The notes under the pieces: model-generated
Told to the model about the DNA's origin: nothing
The model's database searches: none
What the model saw: only the letters and a program-made list of their open reading frames with translations
Made by a program: the position numbers and the translations under genes
Shown here: positions 12,090 to 22,600 of the stretch, piece by piece
How positions within the stretch are numbered: the first letter of the stretch is position 1
How the letters are laid out: each line of letters starts with the position of its first letter
Assembly (NCBI RefSeq): GCF_018977255.1
Contig: NW_024704762.1
Location: 8,742,001-8,806,000 of the forward strand
Length of the DNA stretch: 64,000 nucleotides
Direction of reading: 5' to 3'
Source: Callorhinchus milii
Lineage: Eukaryota

Positions 12090-15000
12090 ATGGGGCTGCT
12101 CGGTGCTGCATTGAGGAGCGCAGTGTGGGAGCTGAGCCTGGGGCGCAGAGCAGGGCCTGGCATGGTGAGGGCAACGTGAGGGCAACGTGAGGGCATAGTG
12201 AGGCCACGGTGAGGGCACTGCGAGGGCAACGTGAGGGTATGGTGAGGGCAACGTGAGGGCATAGTGAGGGCATAGTGAGGGCAACGTGAGGGCATAGTGA
12301 GGGCATAGTGAGGCCACGGTGAGGGCAACGTGAGGGCATAGTGAGGCTATGGTGAGGGCAACGTGAGGGTATGGTGAGGCCAAGGTGAGGGCAACGTGAG
12401 GGCATAGTGAGGCCACGGTGAGGGCAACGTGAGGGTATGGTGAGGGCAACGTGAGGGCATAGTGAGGCCACGGTGAGGGCACTGCGAGGGCAACGTGAGG
12501 GTATGGTGAGGGCAACGTGAGGGCATAGTGAGGGCATAGTGAGGGCAACGTGAGGGCATAGTGAGGCTATGGTGAGGGCAACGTGAGGGTATGGTGAGGC
12601 CAAGGTGAGGGCAACGTGAGGGCATAGTGAGGCCACGGTGAGGGCATAGTGAGGGCACAGTGAGGGCAACGTGAGGGCACAGTGAGGGTATGGTGAGGGC
12701 ACAGTGAGGGCCTGGTGAGGGCACAGTGAGGGCCTGGTGAGGGCAGGGGGTGAGGGCCTGGTGAGGGCAGGGTGAGAGAGCATGGTGAGAGGATGGTGAG
12801 GGCACGGTGATGCCCGCACGTTAAAGGGTTTAGAGCGCTCGAGGAAAATAAGTCGGAAAGTCCTGAGAGGAGAGGCGGCGTCAGTCACCTGGTGTGGCGA
12901 GAAGGTGCCCGTTTCCTTTGGCGTCCCGGCGGTGGCGAGCCTGACCGTACCGCGGTGTGCGGGACGTGGCCGTGCGCCGGTTGAGCTGCCGGGTTCGCCC
13001 GCGCACTGCAGTGAGTCCGGCAAAGTGCTCTCGAGACATCTCGAGGGCTTTGAGAGGGCGCTGCCCTCAAACACAAAGACGATTCGTGTTAATATCTAAT
13101 TATCAATTATTAATATACTGTTGGGTACCGTGTTTACTATCCCCCCCCCCCCCTCCCATTACAGGCTTACGTGGAGTCCTGTAGCTCAGTGGTTAGAGCA
13201 CTCGCTTTGCAAGTGAGAGACCTGAGTTCAATTCCAGGCAGAGGGCGAAACCTTGGGCAAGTTTCCTTACTCCACACAGAGCCTAATAATAATCCCTCCA
13301 AAACCAAAAACAATAATAAATTGGTCATTTTCAATCCATGACTGTTTGTGGGACATTGCTGTGCGCAATTGGCTGCCGCGTTTGCCCACAAATATACAGT
13401 CAATTCACTTTACAGTGTGTTCTGTGAAGCGCTTTGGGACGTCCTCCCGACGTGAAAAGCGCTATATAAAATGCAAGGATTATTATTATTATTATTATAC
13501 GTTAGCAGGTAGTATCTCTGACCTCGTCGCGCGCACAGACACAGAGCGTGCGGCTCGCTCACTCACTGGGGTCGCTGTTTATTGCTGTTTATTACAGAGC
13601 GGTCTGAAGGCGCTGGTGCGGAGATTCTACGCGTTGCAGGAAGAGAGAGTGGAGGCTTACAGGCTGTTTGACGAGTGAGTGACGGAAAGCGGCCGCCTGC
13701 GCGACACTCGTCAGTGTGGTGGTCAGACCACTCGCCTCGCGGGCGGGAGGACGCGAGTTCCATTCCGGGTCAGGGCGAGACTTTGTGCAAGTTTCCTCAC
13801 TCCACAGCCGAACCCAAACTATACACAACAACTTTCCAGAGAAGCCCTGGGGCTCGGTGGAAGGGAGAGATCATCTGCTAAAATGTTATCAAACCTCACG
13901 CAGTGACAATAGTTTAATTGTTGTTCTCTTTCTCTTCTCTATCTCTCTCTCTCTCTCTCTCTCTGTGGGCAGGGGCCACCGGGCCTATCTACAGTCTTCT
14001 CCCGACTATGACTTTGTCCGTTACCGGCAGCTGGTGCACGAGATCACGCAAGCGTTTAACGGGATCTCGAAGGAGGTGATCGAGCTGAAGAGCCGGCTTC
14101 ACGAGGAGTGGGACCGCCCCGACCTCTCGGAGCACATGGAGCGGATCCAGGAGCGGGAACGGGAGAAGTTGGAGCTGGTGAGGGGCATCACGTCACACAA
14201 AACCAAAAACAAAAACAGAGGGCAATTTCAGATCAGATGTTAAACCAACTGAGGTCCCGTCTGCTGGTTCGGGTGAATGTTAAAGAGCCCGCTACGCTAT
14301 TCGGAAATAGAAGGGGGTTTCTCTCTATCCCAATGTCCAGATAAAATCGGCCACTCACTTCATGGCTGTGTGTGGGACATCGCTGTGCGCAAATTGACTG
14401 CCGCCTTTTCCAACAAAATACACAGTCGCTGCAATCTGCAGTAAATCCCGTGAAAAGCTTCTAGACTCCTCCTGACATGATAGGCGCCACATGTTTTAGT
14501 TGCTTGGACTCCAGCAGTTGCTTCAATGCACTCTCGCCTTGGCTCTTATTAACCTGCGCGTAATACTTTCCGCAATTAGGTAAGCGGGATCCATCCCTCC
14601 AGAGAGAGAGAGAGAGAGAGAGCGCATTCCATTCCACCAATCTATCTCTGGAATTTCCATGTGTAGGTGGGATGTTTGGTTTGGATACTCTTACGCATTG
14701 TGGTGGGTTTCTGCATGTGTCAGACACCTGGCCAACCCCCAAAAAAGGGGCCGCATCAAATGCAAGGATTATTATAATTATACAGTGGAAAAAAAACACC
14801 AGCGTTGTCTGGTTCTGCTCTATAACACACTGCGATTCTTCGATTGATTAACAGAGATGTATGTTTCTTTGGTTAACCGAGACGTATGTTTTTCCGCAGA
14901 CTGCCAGGCTGCAGCTCGCAAAACAGAGAGCGTTGGACCATCCGGAGAATGAGAGTTACCAGGAGGAAACCCAAGAACTGAAGCAGAGGTTAGTGGCTGG

Positions 15001-15603
15001 TCACACGGTTCCCTTCAGTCAGCTCAGCGGAAGGCAGAAACGTAGGAGAGAATGCACAGTGCGTCATATGTACTGAGTGGTAAATTGTCTGATCGGAACA
15101 GGAAGGAGAGATCTTGGGGGTATTTGGTAACCAAATCCATGGGCACAGATTTCCCGAGGAGTTCACGTTCACGGAATCTTGGGATGCGCGGGGTAATGTA
15201 CAAGACGGGGAGAGGTCATTTTAAACGTTATCCAGATGTGGCCTCAGTGAGACCTCATCTGGAGAACAACCCAGGACGCTCCCGTCAACCGAGAGGTTTC
15301 AGGCTCGTCGGATTCAGAGACACGGAAGGCAGTTGGATGGTAATGAGGATGGCTAACTCCCACCTGAGAAAGGGACAGTTATTACTGTCTACTCCTCTCC
15401 CAGCCCCCCCCCCCCCGCCGCCATCCCCCCAGTCACCAAACGGGCCATAGGGGTGTGACGTGTAGAGCAACATTGATTGACTCTGTGGATTATCTCCTCC
15501 TTCTCTCACCAGAGTCAACAAAACCATTGAGGCCATCAACGAAATCCTCCAAGATTTCAAGTACGACTCGGAGGAGATGGAAGAAACGGGGGAGAGGGAG
15601 TGA
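12090..15603 (+). CDS. REX1BD: Required for excision 1-B domain-containing protein (C19orf60)
   Basis: Exons: 12090-12164 (tentative; ends ATG|GTGAGG in phase 0, and the start could instead be ATG 12162), 13598-13674, 13973-14177, 14900-14988, 15513-15603; about 178 aa. Peptides [49 protein letters not shown] and TIEAINEILQDFKYDSE match REX1BD as recalled. Tail-to-tail with CRLF1, as in human. Confidence 0.88.
12165..12810 (+). repeat. 11-bp minisatellite (GTGAGGGCAAC / GTGAGGGCATA / GTGAGGGTATG / GTGAGGCCACG variants)
   Basis: More than 50 tandem 11-mers read directly from the sequence; source of the spurious repetitive minus-strand ORFs. Confidence 0.95.
13171..13497 (+). mobile_element. 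Full-length young tRNA-derived SINE (same subfamily as 11303-11646)
   Basis: A and B boxes, near identity to the 11303 copy, (TAT)n tail. Confidence 0.85.
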
Positions 15604-16215
15604 GAGAGGCCGGAGGTGTCCCTGTGTGTCAGAATCACTTCTCTCATCCAGCCCGGATGGTTTACCGAACCACAGGAGTGAGGTTTTGTATGTGGGGGGG
15701 GGGTGGGGGTTGAAGGAGAAGGGAGGTTTGGGTTACACGTTGTCAAGGTTCCAACACACCCTGAGTACTCTCTGACTTGCCCTCACTGCAATGAATAACT
15801 CATGATGTTATTCAGAACTAGGGATCAAGGAGGTGAAAAACCAACCCTTTTTCAGAGGTCAAAAGGGGGATGAGTGGGTGGGGTGGGTGAATGGGTCCCG
15901 TTTTCGGGATAGGTGTCCGGAATAGTTTCTCTCTGTGTGATAAACATTTAATTCCTCAAGGTGCCCAGAATTCACCCTGACCTGTTCCTATGTGGCTGGA
16001 AATCCTCAAGAGAGCGATCTCTATTGGCACATCAGTGTGATTACCACATTACCACACCAGGGTTGTACCTATGGGCTCGCTGAGCAAAATAGTCATCCAA
16101 TTTGGAATCAAATTGAGTGCAGTGTTGTATATGTGCCCCCAATGTTACCCCTGTATAAATGTAGTCAATCGCTATTTCCCCCCTAGAATTACTGATGTTG
16201 TTCTTGCTCCGGATA

Positions 16216-16221
16216 AATAAA
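16216..16221 (+). terminator. Candidate polyadenylation signal for REX1BD
   Basis: AATAAA followed by a T-rich run. It faces a minus-strand AATAAA at 16428-16433, the CRLF1 candidate. Confidence 0.5.
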
Positions 16222-16650
16222 CATTTTTTTTTAATACCTTAATCGTGATCACATCGCAATGCGCAGTGCCAGACTGGGGTCAGCAGAGCAAGGAATTGGT
16301 CGGGTAAACCTGAATCTTTGACGATCTGTACTTGTTGTGCTTTAATGTTCCTATTTTCTTGACAAAGAAAATAATTGTCCCCAAAATCGTTAAGAGGTCA
16401 TTTCAGCCCCACAATCATCCTTTACATTTTATTTGTGTTAATACCCTCCGTGCACTGATTCTACAGGATTTTACAGCAGAAATCTTTACAGTGGGACAGG
16501 ACAGGGGGAATCAATGGCCTGTCAAGGCCAGGTCACTGCGGACAAAATGCAGTTCTAGAACCTTCTTCCCACTGAGACCGTGTCCCTAATGCCCTCCACC
16601 AAACATACTATCTCCAGCGTCACATCTAAGAAATCTAATCGACAACAAAG

Positions 16651-19600
16651 TCACACAGACGCTGCAGAAACCCTCACGCCTCTAATAAAGGGAGAGCTCG
16701 TCTCTAATCTAACGTGCAGACGGTCCCAGGGGTTTTGGAGTTGACTGGGCAGCCTTCGCCGGGGGCTGTTTCCAACGTTCTGAGTTAACGTTATGCTTTG
16801 TAGCCACCAAGAACTTTCTCCTACGTTCACGAGGCCCATCTGTTGGGAGGAGTGTCTCTCCTTGGAGTTATCTGCTGGGAGAGTCTGAAAAAGAAAAGCA
16901 ATTTGTGAGTGACTTTTATTTTGGGTTGAGATAGACTGATAGACAGAGAGAGTGAGAGTGAAATGGATTTACAGACCAGACACTTGGAGAGAGATCAGCA
17001 GACAGATAGGCCAGTGAGAGATGAAGAGAGGCAGAGATTGATGGGCAAACAGCGAGTGATAGATACCGAAATATACAGTGAGGAACAGATAGACAAATGG
17101 ACACAACAGGAAACAGAGAGAAAGTGGTAGACAACAATAAAATGACATTTGTATAGCGGCTTTCAGGTCGGGAGGACGTCCGAAGGCGCTGGATAGACAG
17201 AGTTATGGACCCGAGCTGAGGGTCGGGATTGGGGAGGGTGGAGGGCAGGGGGGGAAGCCGGGAGATCGAAAGCACGGTCAAAGAGGACTGTCTTGAGGTG
17301 GGTCTTGAAGATGGCAAGGGATGGGGTGAGACGGAGGGACTGAGGGATGAAATGGGAAGTGGTATGACTGAGGGTGGGAGCAGAGTGGCGGAAGGCCAGC
17401 CCGCCGATAGTGGGGCGAGCAAGGTGGGGGACATGAAGCAGGCCGCAGCCCGCTGAGCAGAGGAAGCGAACAGGGTGGCAGGGGGTTAGGAGATCGCAGA
17501 GGTGGGGAGAGCAAGGCCTTTGAAGTTGAGGACCAGGTTCTTGGACTGTATCGTCTGTGGGATGGGAAGCCAGTGGAGTTGGGCGAGGATGGGGTGATAG
17601 GGTCATGGAACCTGGTGCGGGAGAGGACATGAGCTGCAGAGTTCTGGATGATCTGCAGCCTGTGGAGGGAGGAATTGGGGAGGCCGATAAGCAGGGAGTT
17701 TGCATAGTTGAGCCTCGATGTAATGAAGGAGTGTATGAGGGTTTTGGTGGCCTGTGGTGTGAGACAGTGGCGGAGCCGGGCGATGTTGCGGAGGTGGGAG
17801 AAGGCAGAGCGGGCCATGGCACAGATGTGGGGTAGAAAGGATAGTTGAGGGTCAAACAAGACCCTAAGGTTCCGAACTGGTTTAGAAAGGTGGAGTGTGC
17901 AACCATGGATGGTGATGCTATCAGCGCCTGATCCAGGACTTGATGTCTGACAGACATTCTGTCAGCACAGCAGTGCTCCTGGAGTCGAGACAGAATGAAA
18001 GACAAATAAATAATGAGAGAGAAACGGAGACAAACCACTTAAGACAGGTGAACAGACTGAGAAAGACGAGGCGAGACAGTGAGAGAGAGACAAACAGAGA
18101 CAACCTGAGGGATAAAGAAATGGGCAGAAAATACAAGACTGACATAGCCCTAATCAGCCAGGTTAATTTGATAGACACCGTTAGTTACTATCAAACTCTT
18201 AATAGATGTAGAATTGATTTGGGATATTTTAAAAGGGAGATAGAAAGATACTTGGAAAGTATGGGTGCTAAGAGATATGGGAGTGAAAGTTTTCCCCTGA
18301 TCTAATCAACTGGCGGAGCAGGCTTGATGGGCTGAATGGCCTCCTCCTGTTCCTATTTGGTTTCACGGAAGACTTGCCTTCCTGCGATCCAATAAAAACA
18401 GCAACTTCCTGGTTCTGGGGGAAACAGAAACAAAAATCAAAGAGGCAACATCTCAAAATGTGTTCCTCGTCTCAGCCATACACCCCCCTCTCCCTCCAGG
18501 GCACTGAGATAAATACAGCTGGGAATGGGAATGAGGGAAATGGGATTTCTCTGGGAATGAGTATCAGTTTCTTTGTCCTGCCTGTCTGTTCAGGTGGACA
18601 TTTCAAAGATCCCATGGCACTATTTAAAAAGAGAAAGGAGTTTCTCCCCAATTAAAAAAAAATGGGTTCATTCATTTCATGACTGTTTGTGGGGACGCTG
18701 CTGTGCGCAAATTGGTTGCTGCGTTTCGCCCGCAAAATACACAGTCACTCCACTTTACACTGTGTCCTGTGGAGCGCTTTGAGACGTCTCGATGACCTGA
18801 TAAGGCGCTGTATCAAATGAAAGCATTATTATGATGATTAATATATTACATGGAATGTCTCTGGGAATGGGGCACTTACCTGGTTGCGAGTCTTGTGTGA
18901 TTTCTGCAGCCAAACCCGCCACTGGTCGTACAGCTTGATGTTGAGGGCGGAGCAGCCGTAGGCGTGTTTCTTGACCCAGCTGAAGAACTGCTTGAGCTCT
19001 CGCCGCAGGTTCGAGCCCTGCTCCCGGCTCTTCTGATAACAGGCTCCGCTGGCACGGTCTGCGGCAAGACGGCAAAGCAAATCAGTCGCTTGAGGCAATC
19101 GCCTGGACGCTCCCACACTCACACGCAGGTGGAGACAATCCGAGGCGTGAGATGCTCCTTTGCTGCCGTGACTCGAGGGAGGGGGAGCGAGGTAGGTGTA
19201 GGCTTACCAGCTGAGGGGGAGGAGACTCACTGTTCTGTGGGGGCGCGGAGCTCACTGTTCTGGGGGTGCGGAGTTCACTTCGGGGGGTGGCGGAGCTCAC
19301 TGTTCTGGGGGGGGAGGGGCGAAGCTCACTGTTCTGGGGGTGGGGGCGAAGCTCACTGTTCTGGGGGTGGGGGGGCGTGGGGGCGGAGCTCACTGTTCTG
19401 GGGGTGGGGGGCATGGGGGCGGAGCTCACTGTTCTGGGGGAGGAGCGGAGCTCACTGTTCTGGGGGGGGTAGGGAAACAGAGACTCATTCCGGAGGTGGA
19501 GACTCACCGTTGCGGGGGGTGGAGGCAGCGGTGGGGCTGCTCCAGTCACTCCAGATTCCGGCTTTCTTGGAGCCGTAAATCCCCACGGGATTACACCGGA

Positions 19601-22600
19601 CCTGCACAAAGTAGACGGTTCCCGGCCTCAGCCCGGCCAGGCGACAGGACGTCTGGTTCCCAATGTCGTCCACCACCTGAAACAGGGAGAGAGTCAATGT
19701 CTGCGCCAGGCAACCAATGGAACTTGGTTTGGAGCTGAGCCAGAAGAGCAGGTGGAGTCCAGAATAATGTGGTCAGTCCTTTCTTATATCCTGAACTCCC
19801 CCTCTCCCACCTCACAATTGCTGCCCACCCCTGCCTTCTTGCAATGCTGGACGTACCTTCCACTCAACGCTGTCCTCGACCCGGTAGCGGATCTGGTATT
19901 TGGCCTGAAACAGAAAATCCTTCAGGGCGGGAGGGGAGCTCCAGCGGGCACCCAGCTGGTCCTCCAGGTCACCCACACGATTCACCCGCACGTCGGACGG
20001 AGGATCTGTAGTAACTGTCCAAGGTAATGGAGAAGCGGTTACATTGGGTGTGACATGTTAAGCTTAGAGTTGTAACCCTGTTGTGGTCCTCTTCCACTGT
20101 GTCTTTGGTCATCTGCCCAGCCCCCTGCCCTCCGCCCCTCTTAACTCCAGCTCGTGCGCAAACCCTCGACTGTACAGCGCCTTGGGATGTCCTCCCGACC
20201 TGGAAGGCAGCTGTACATAAGTGCAATTTGTTGTTGTTGTTAACTTACCCACATCGAGGATGTCCAGGGAGATGATTTCAGAAGCCGCAGAGCCCAGCTT
20301 ATTCGACGCCTCAACCCAGATTTCATAGGGAGTGAAGAGAGCGAGATCCCTGGGAATATAACAGGAATAGACCCCAGCCACACCCGGCTCCGAGCACTCC
20401 TTCTCTCTGCCGTACCACCTGAGGATAAGATTAGGATCACTGAGGCTGACACAATCTACAAGATGATGGTCAGTCACACAACCTCACGCTCACATAACTT
20501 GTGTAGTCCCATAGCCTAGTGGTTAGAGCCCTCGCCTGGCAAGCGAGAGGATCCGTGTTCGATTCCCAGGCAGCGCGAAACCCGAGGCAAGTTTCCTTAC
20601 TCCACATGCCTATGTTTACCAGCAGTAAGTAGGAACCTGGTTGTTAGTCGACTGATGGATCAATTTCTGGCGGTAATAATCCCTTCAAATAAAAAATGTG
20701 GCCACTCAATCCACAACTGTTTGTGGGACACTGCCTATCACAATGTTTGCCCATAAAATACATAGTCAATCCACTTTACATAAACTCTGTGAAGCCCTTT
20801 GAGGTATATCATAAGGCGCTATATCAAATGCAAGGATTATTATTATGATTATAACTTTCCCCTTTTTGACCTGTGTGGCCACATTTCAGTTCTGCAGCTC
20901 AGTTATACAGACTCCGCTGTGTGTGTACCCTGACTCATTTTACCTTAGTTTATATTTCAGGGTGTAGCGGGTTCTCAGGAATGCCTCTCCTTCTCCACCG
21001 GGCAGCCACTTACACGTCAGGTCCTTGGTGTTTTTGGACCAACAGGTTATGTTGGTTGGTTTCTCAGGAGGCGCTGACATAGAGTGAAAGAAAGAAATAA
21101 AGGCACTTTTCATTTCTGAGGAGGGATCATCTGAGAAGCTCATATTTAAAGCCCCTCGAAGAAACGCGATGGAATTACACGACCCTCCCCTGCTCCCCTC
21201 CCACTAGCGCAGCATGCAGAGGGATCCAAAACAAAGGGCTCGTAATCCTAAAACTTGAGCTGAACAGGTTGGAAGTTGAGATCAGAAAAGAAATTTAATT
21301 ACACCGAATACTGTGAGAAAAGGGAACGCACTGCCTCATTAAGGTCAGAGACACAGAATGGATTGGGATGTTTAAGAGCAGCCCCAAGCGCTGGACAGTC
21401 AAGGGTTTGCACCCGAGCTGGGGGGGGTGGGGATCAGGAGGGGTGGAGGGCAGAGAGGGTGGGGCTAGGAGAGTGACCGAAGGCTCGGTTGAAGAGGAAG
21501 GTCTTGAGACGAGTCTTGAAGGAGGCAAGGCGGGGCGGTGGGGGGAAGAGGTGGATAGATACTTGCGAAGTGAAAGGAATAAGTGGGTGTGGAGGAATGG
21601 GATGTTAAACAAAAAAACTATCATTATCTAATAAATTAGCTGAACAGGGTTGATGGGCTGAATGGCTTCCTCCTTTTCCTAAATGGTTATATGAAGGAGT
21701 GGGATATCAGTCAAAGTTCTTGTCCCTGATCTCCCGCTAATGGTCCCTGTTCGAACCAGTGAGTGTAGCCATCGGGCGAGGTCAGGATCATAAGAGCTCC
21801 CCTTTGAGATGCCTGCCACCCCTTGTGAAGCTGCCCAAACACACACACACACACAGCCTAGACTCAATTAGACCTTAGAGGTACGAGACTTTACCCCAAT
21901 CAAAACAGCTGCCTTTAGGAAAGGAGGGGAGACAAATGCTCATTGTGTCATCACATCTAACCCTCCCCGGGAGGGATTTGAAAACAAAATACCGAGCCTC
22001 AGTGAGATCCCATCTCCTTTGATCTGACGAGGGATCAAATTTCATTCCTGCCTTTACAGACACATAACAACCGTCATTAATCTTAGTTACACACCAGAGG
22101 CAAATATGTGGCATGCGATGGGAGAATTATTACATATCGCATATTTCTTCCCCCGCACAGAGGTATGCAGGTGTGCAACCATTGCACAATTACACACGCA
22201 ACAGTAAGCATGCATGCACGCACTCCCTCAATCCCTCCGCCTTGCCCCCTTCCCCATCTTCTGGTTGTGCCTGAAGAACTTTTTCTTTGACCGTGCTCAC
22301 AGTCATCTCTCCCCCCCTTACCCCCCTCACGCTCAAGTGCTCTGGGACGCTATCCTGTGTGAGGGGTGTTATGTAAATGCAAGTTGTTGTTCTGGTACCA
22401 TCCCCTTCACCCCCCACTCTCCCCCCTCTCCCTGCATAATAGCCCCATTGTGGACACTCACAGCCCACGTAGAGACACGACCCTGCCAGGATCCTGCCAT
22501 CGGCCCTGTGGCACACCAGGTTGTCGCCGGATTGCTGCTGAGACCCGTTGAGGTTGCGCAGTGTGACCCGGAGTGCCGTCTCATTGACGACTCTGCACAG

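Noticed and set aside
11769-13074. Long minus-strand ORFs (259 aa, 413 aa and others) with PHYALT/PSRCPH repeats
   Set aside because: They are translations of the 11-bp minisatellite, open in several frames, with no domain.
18430-18480. Possible extra CRLF1 exon (DEEHIL, resembling mammalian DEGIL)
   Set aside because: No in-phase AG or pyrimidine tract precedes it.
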